A stretch of 63,594 nt of DNA, filler included, from Octopus bimaculoides (lineage: Eukaryota), in assembly GCF_001194135.2 (NCBI RefSeq). It is 9 parts of 9 records of this genome, joined end to end, with 100 filler letters (N's around TTAATTAATTAA, not from the genome) between each part and the next. Parts side by side here need not be neighbours in the genome. Positions count along the whole stretch, not along the records: positions 59,725 to 61,549 come from NW_026413505.1; positions 61,650 to 63,594 come from NW_026413372.1; 7 more parts are not named here. One strand, given 5' to 3'. Shown here one piece after another: positions 61,313-63,594 of this stretch. The translations under genes were made by a program, and so were the position numbers. Every line of letters starts with the position of its first letter. Position 1 is the first letter of the stretch. Under the pieces are notes generated by a model, which saw nothing but the letters and a program-made list of their open reading frames with translations, ran no database searches and was not told where the DNA came from.

Positions 61313-61549
61313 ACGATGTGGAAAATATACCACCAGCATTGCCCAAACGACCTGAACATTAGTTTCAAGGTTCATCCATACGTCCCCTGCCCAATTCAGG
61401 ATCACAACATATAGGTACACTGCGACATAATTTCTTTTCCTCAGCAAGCCCTGCTCTGTTTAACATTGTCCTAAAACTGATTAAAGAGGAAAAGGATTTC
61501 ATCACCTTTAAACGGAGTCTGGACAGATTTCTTCAAGGAATACCAGATA
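61313..61549 (+). mobile_element. CR1-like LINE C-terminal fragment
   Basis: ..FFSSASPALFNIVLKLIKEEKDFITFKRSLDRFLQGIPD. The continuation motif IADKPPIPGYNSLNKDSLLEW occurs in a separate copy at 34183-34345. Confidence 0.65.
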
Positions 61550-61829
61550 NNNNNNNNNNNNNNNNNNNNNNNNNNNNNNNNNNNNNNNNNNNNTTAATTA
61601 ATTAANNNNNNNNNNNNNNNNNNNNNNNNNNNNNNNNNNNNNNNNNNNNCAAGAGACTTCGTCGGAAGCAGGTGCGTGCGAATATGTGTGTGTGTGTGTT
61701 TGTTGTGAGTGTGTGTTTGTTGTGAGTGTGTGTATGTACATGTGTTTGCGTGTGTACACGTGTGTGTATGTGTATGTATGTCATGATAACCATTTAAACG
61801 CACCCACCTACTTACATAAACATATATAA

Positions 61830-61864
<35 letters not shown>

Positions 61865-63372
61865 TATAGGTGCGTGCGTGTGTGTGTGTGTGTGTGTGTG
61901 TGTTTAGTGAGGGTGATGGTGGTGACGATGGGGATTGCTGAAGACGCACATACATGATAGCAGTTTAAACTTAGCCACTTACACACATAGCTATGTATCC
62001 ACACGCACAAACACACACATACACTCACACACATGCACATATTTGTCCGTAGGTAAATATATATAAATATTAATATAGATATAGATATAGATATATATTT
62101 ACATACATTTGTATGTATGTATTTATGTGTGTGTGTACGTGTGTGGTGTATACATATATATATACAAACACACACATATATATANNNNNNNNNNNNNNNN
62201 NNNNNNNNNNNNNNNNNNNNNNNNNNNNNNNNNNNNNNNNNNNNNNNNNNNNNNNNNNNNNNNNNNNNNNNNNNNNNNNNNNNNNNNNNNNNNNNNNNNN
62301 NNNNNNNNNNNNNNNNNNNNNNNNNNNNNNNNNNNNNNNNNNNNNNNNNNNNNNNNNNNNNNNNNNNNNNNNNNNNNNNNNNNNNNNNNNNNNNNNNNNN
62401 NNNNNNNNNNNNNNNNNNNNNNNNNNNNNNNNNNNNNNNNNNNNNNNNNNNNNNNNNNNNNNNNNNNNNNNNNNNNNNNNNNNNNNNNNNNNNNNNNNNN
62501 NNNNNNNNNNNNNNNNNNNNNNNNNNNNNNNNNNNNNNNNNNNNNNNNNNNNNNNNNNNNNNNNNNNNNNNNNNNNNNNNNNNNNNNNNNNNNNNNNNNN
62601 NNNNNNNNNNNNNNNNNNNNNNNNNNNNNNNNNNNNNNNNNNNNNNNNNNNNNNNNNNNNNNNNNNNNNNNNNNNNNNNNNNNNNNNNNNNNNNNNNNNN
62701 NNNNNNNNNNNNNNNNNNNNNNNTGGACTGGAGCAACGTGAAATGAAGTGGTTTGCTCAAGAACACAATGCATCGCCCGATCTGGATATCGAAACCGCAA
62801 TCTCGCGATCGCGAGTGCAACTCCCTGACCACTAGGCAAAGCGCCTTCACAAATCACAAATTCTTCCCGTATGAAACACCCAATTAACAAGGTTCAATAT
62901 GAAAATTCTAAATTTACTTAATATAACTTAATTTCTCTAATTGAATCAATTGGCTAGGGAAACGGCCGTAGGAATAAGAATTCCATATTATATTGACTGG
63001 AATATCTTTGAATAAACTGATGTCTAATGACTGAAACAAGCAAAGGATAAAAAGTAATATCTATCTATATATATATATTGTTTATATTTAGCACTGCTTT
63101 GTCTTGTAATGGTACCAAAGTCTTTGTTTAGTTATAATGCCACCAGGTTAAAGTCTTTCTGCTCACGTGTATCCTTTGTCAGTGGAGATATAGAGAGCGT
63201 GAAAGTCAGTGAGTTTATGATCTGAAGCTAAATAATGCTGACCTGGTGGCTGTAGTGGCTCAATGCAACAATGAAGAGTCAATGGGAATATTTATGATTG
63301 AAACGGGCATCGTGACCTCTACCACGATTTAGTTGGCATATATGTATGATTGTATATTTGTATGTATGTATG

Positions 63373-63406
<34 letters not shown>

Positions 63407-63557
63407 TTACATTTGAATAGAGAAACCATGCCTTGTCTAACAGTTTGTCATCACTTGCAAGAAAATGAAGGAAGTTAGAAATAGAAAAAAAGTTTATTTC
63501 TTACTGAATTTGAACAAAAGATGCAGCTATTTTTCTTCCCTACGTACATACATACAA

Positions 63558-63594
<37 letters not shown>

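Noticed and set aside
63090-63300. Unique-looking stretch tested as a coding exon
   Set aside because: The frames I translated by eye gave only short open stretches (up to about 45 codons) without recognisable motifs.

Overview
Animal genomic DNA, not prokaryotic, most likely an octopod cephalopod. This is inferred from the extreme microsatellite density and the SINE/LINE repertoire, not from a database match. The assembly is gappy. Eight artificial 100-bp joins (N44-TTAATTAATTAA-N44) split the window into nine pieces whose adjacency is not guaranteed. One host coding exon is well supported: 44604-44937 (+), a signal peptide plus a 10-Cys EMI-like N-terminus of a stabilin-like receptor, ending at a GTGAGT donor. 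The rest is mostly mobile-element debris: R4/Dong-like RLE LINEs, RTE, CR1-like and Penelope-like retroelements, mariner (DD34D), maT-like (DD37D), piggyBac-like and Helentron-like DNA elements, and several SINE families. The most interesting observations are (1) a minimal type I hammerhead ribozyme at 36732-36777 and a degenerate second one at 35435-35514; (2) a co-oriented array of (TAA)n-associated RLE LINEs in the stabilin-like intron; (3) three divergent RLE copies 5'-truncated within about 4 codons of each other; and (4) a three-level nest of RTE in mariner in maT. I did not find a new multi-gene system, and there are no CRISPR arrays, rRNA genes or true tRNA genes. Most long ORFs in the supplied track are microsatellite or N-gap artefacts.
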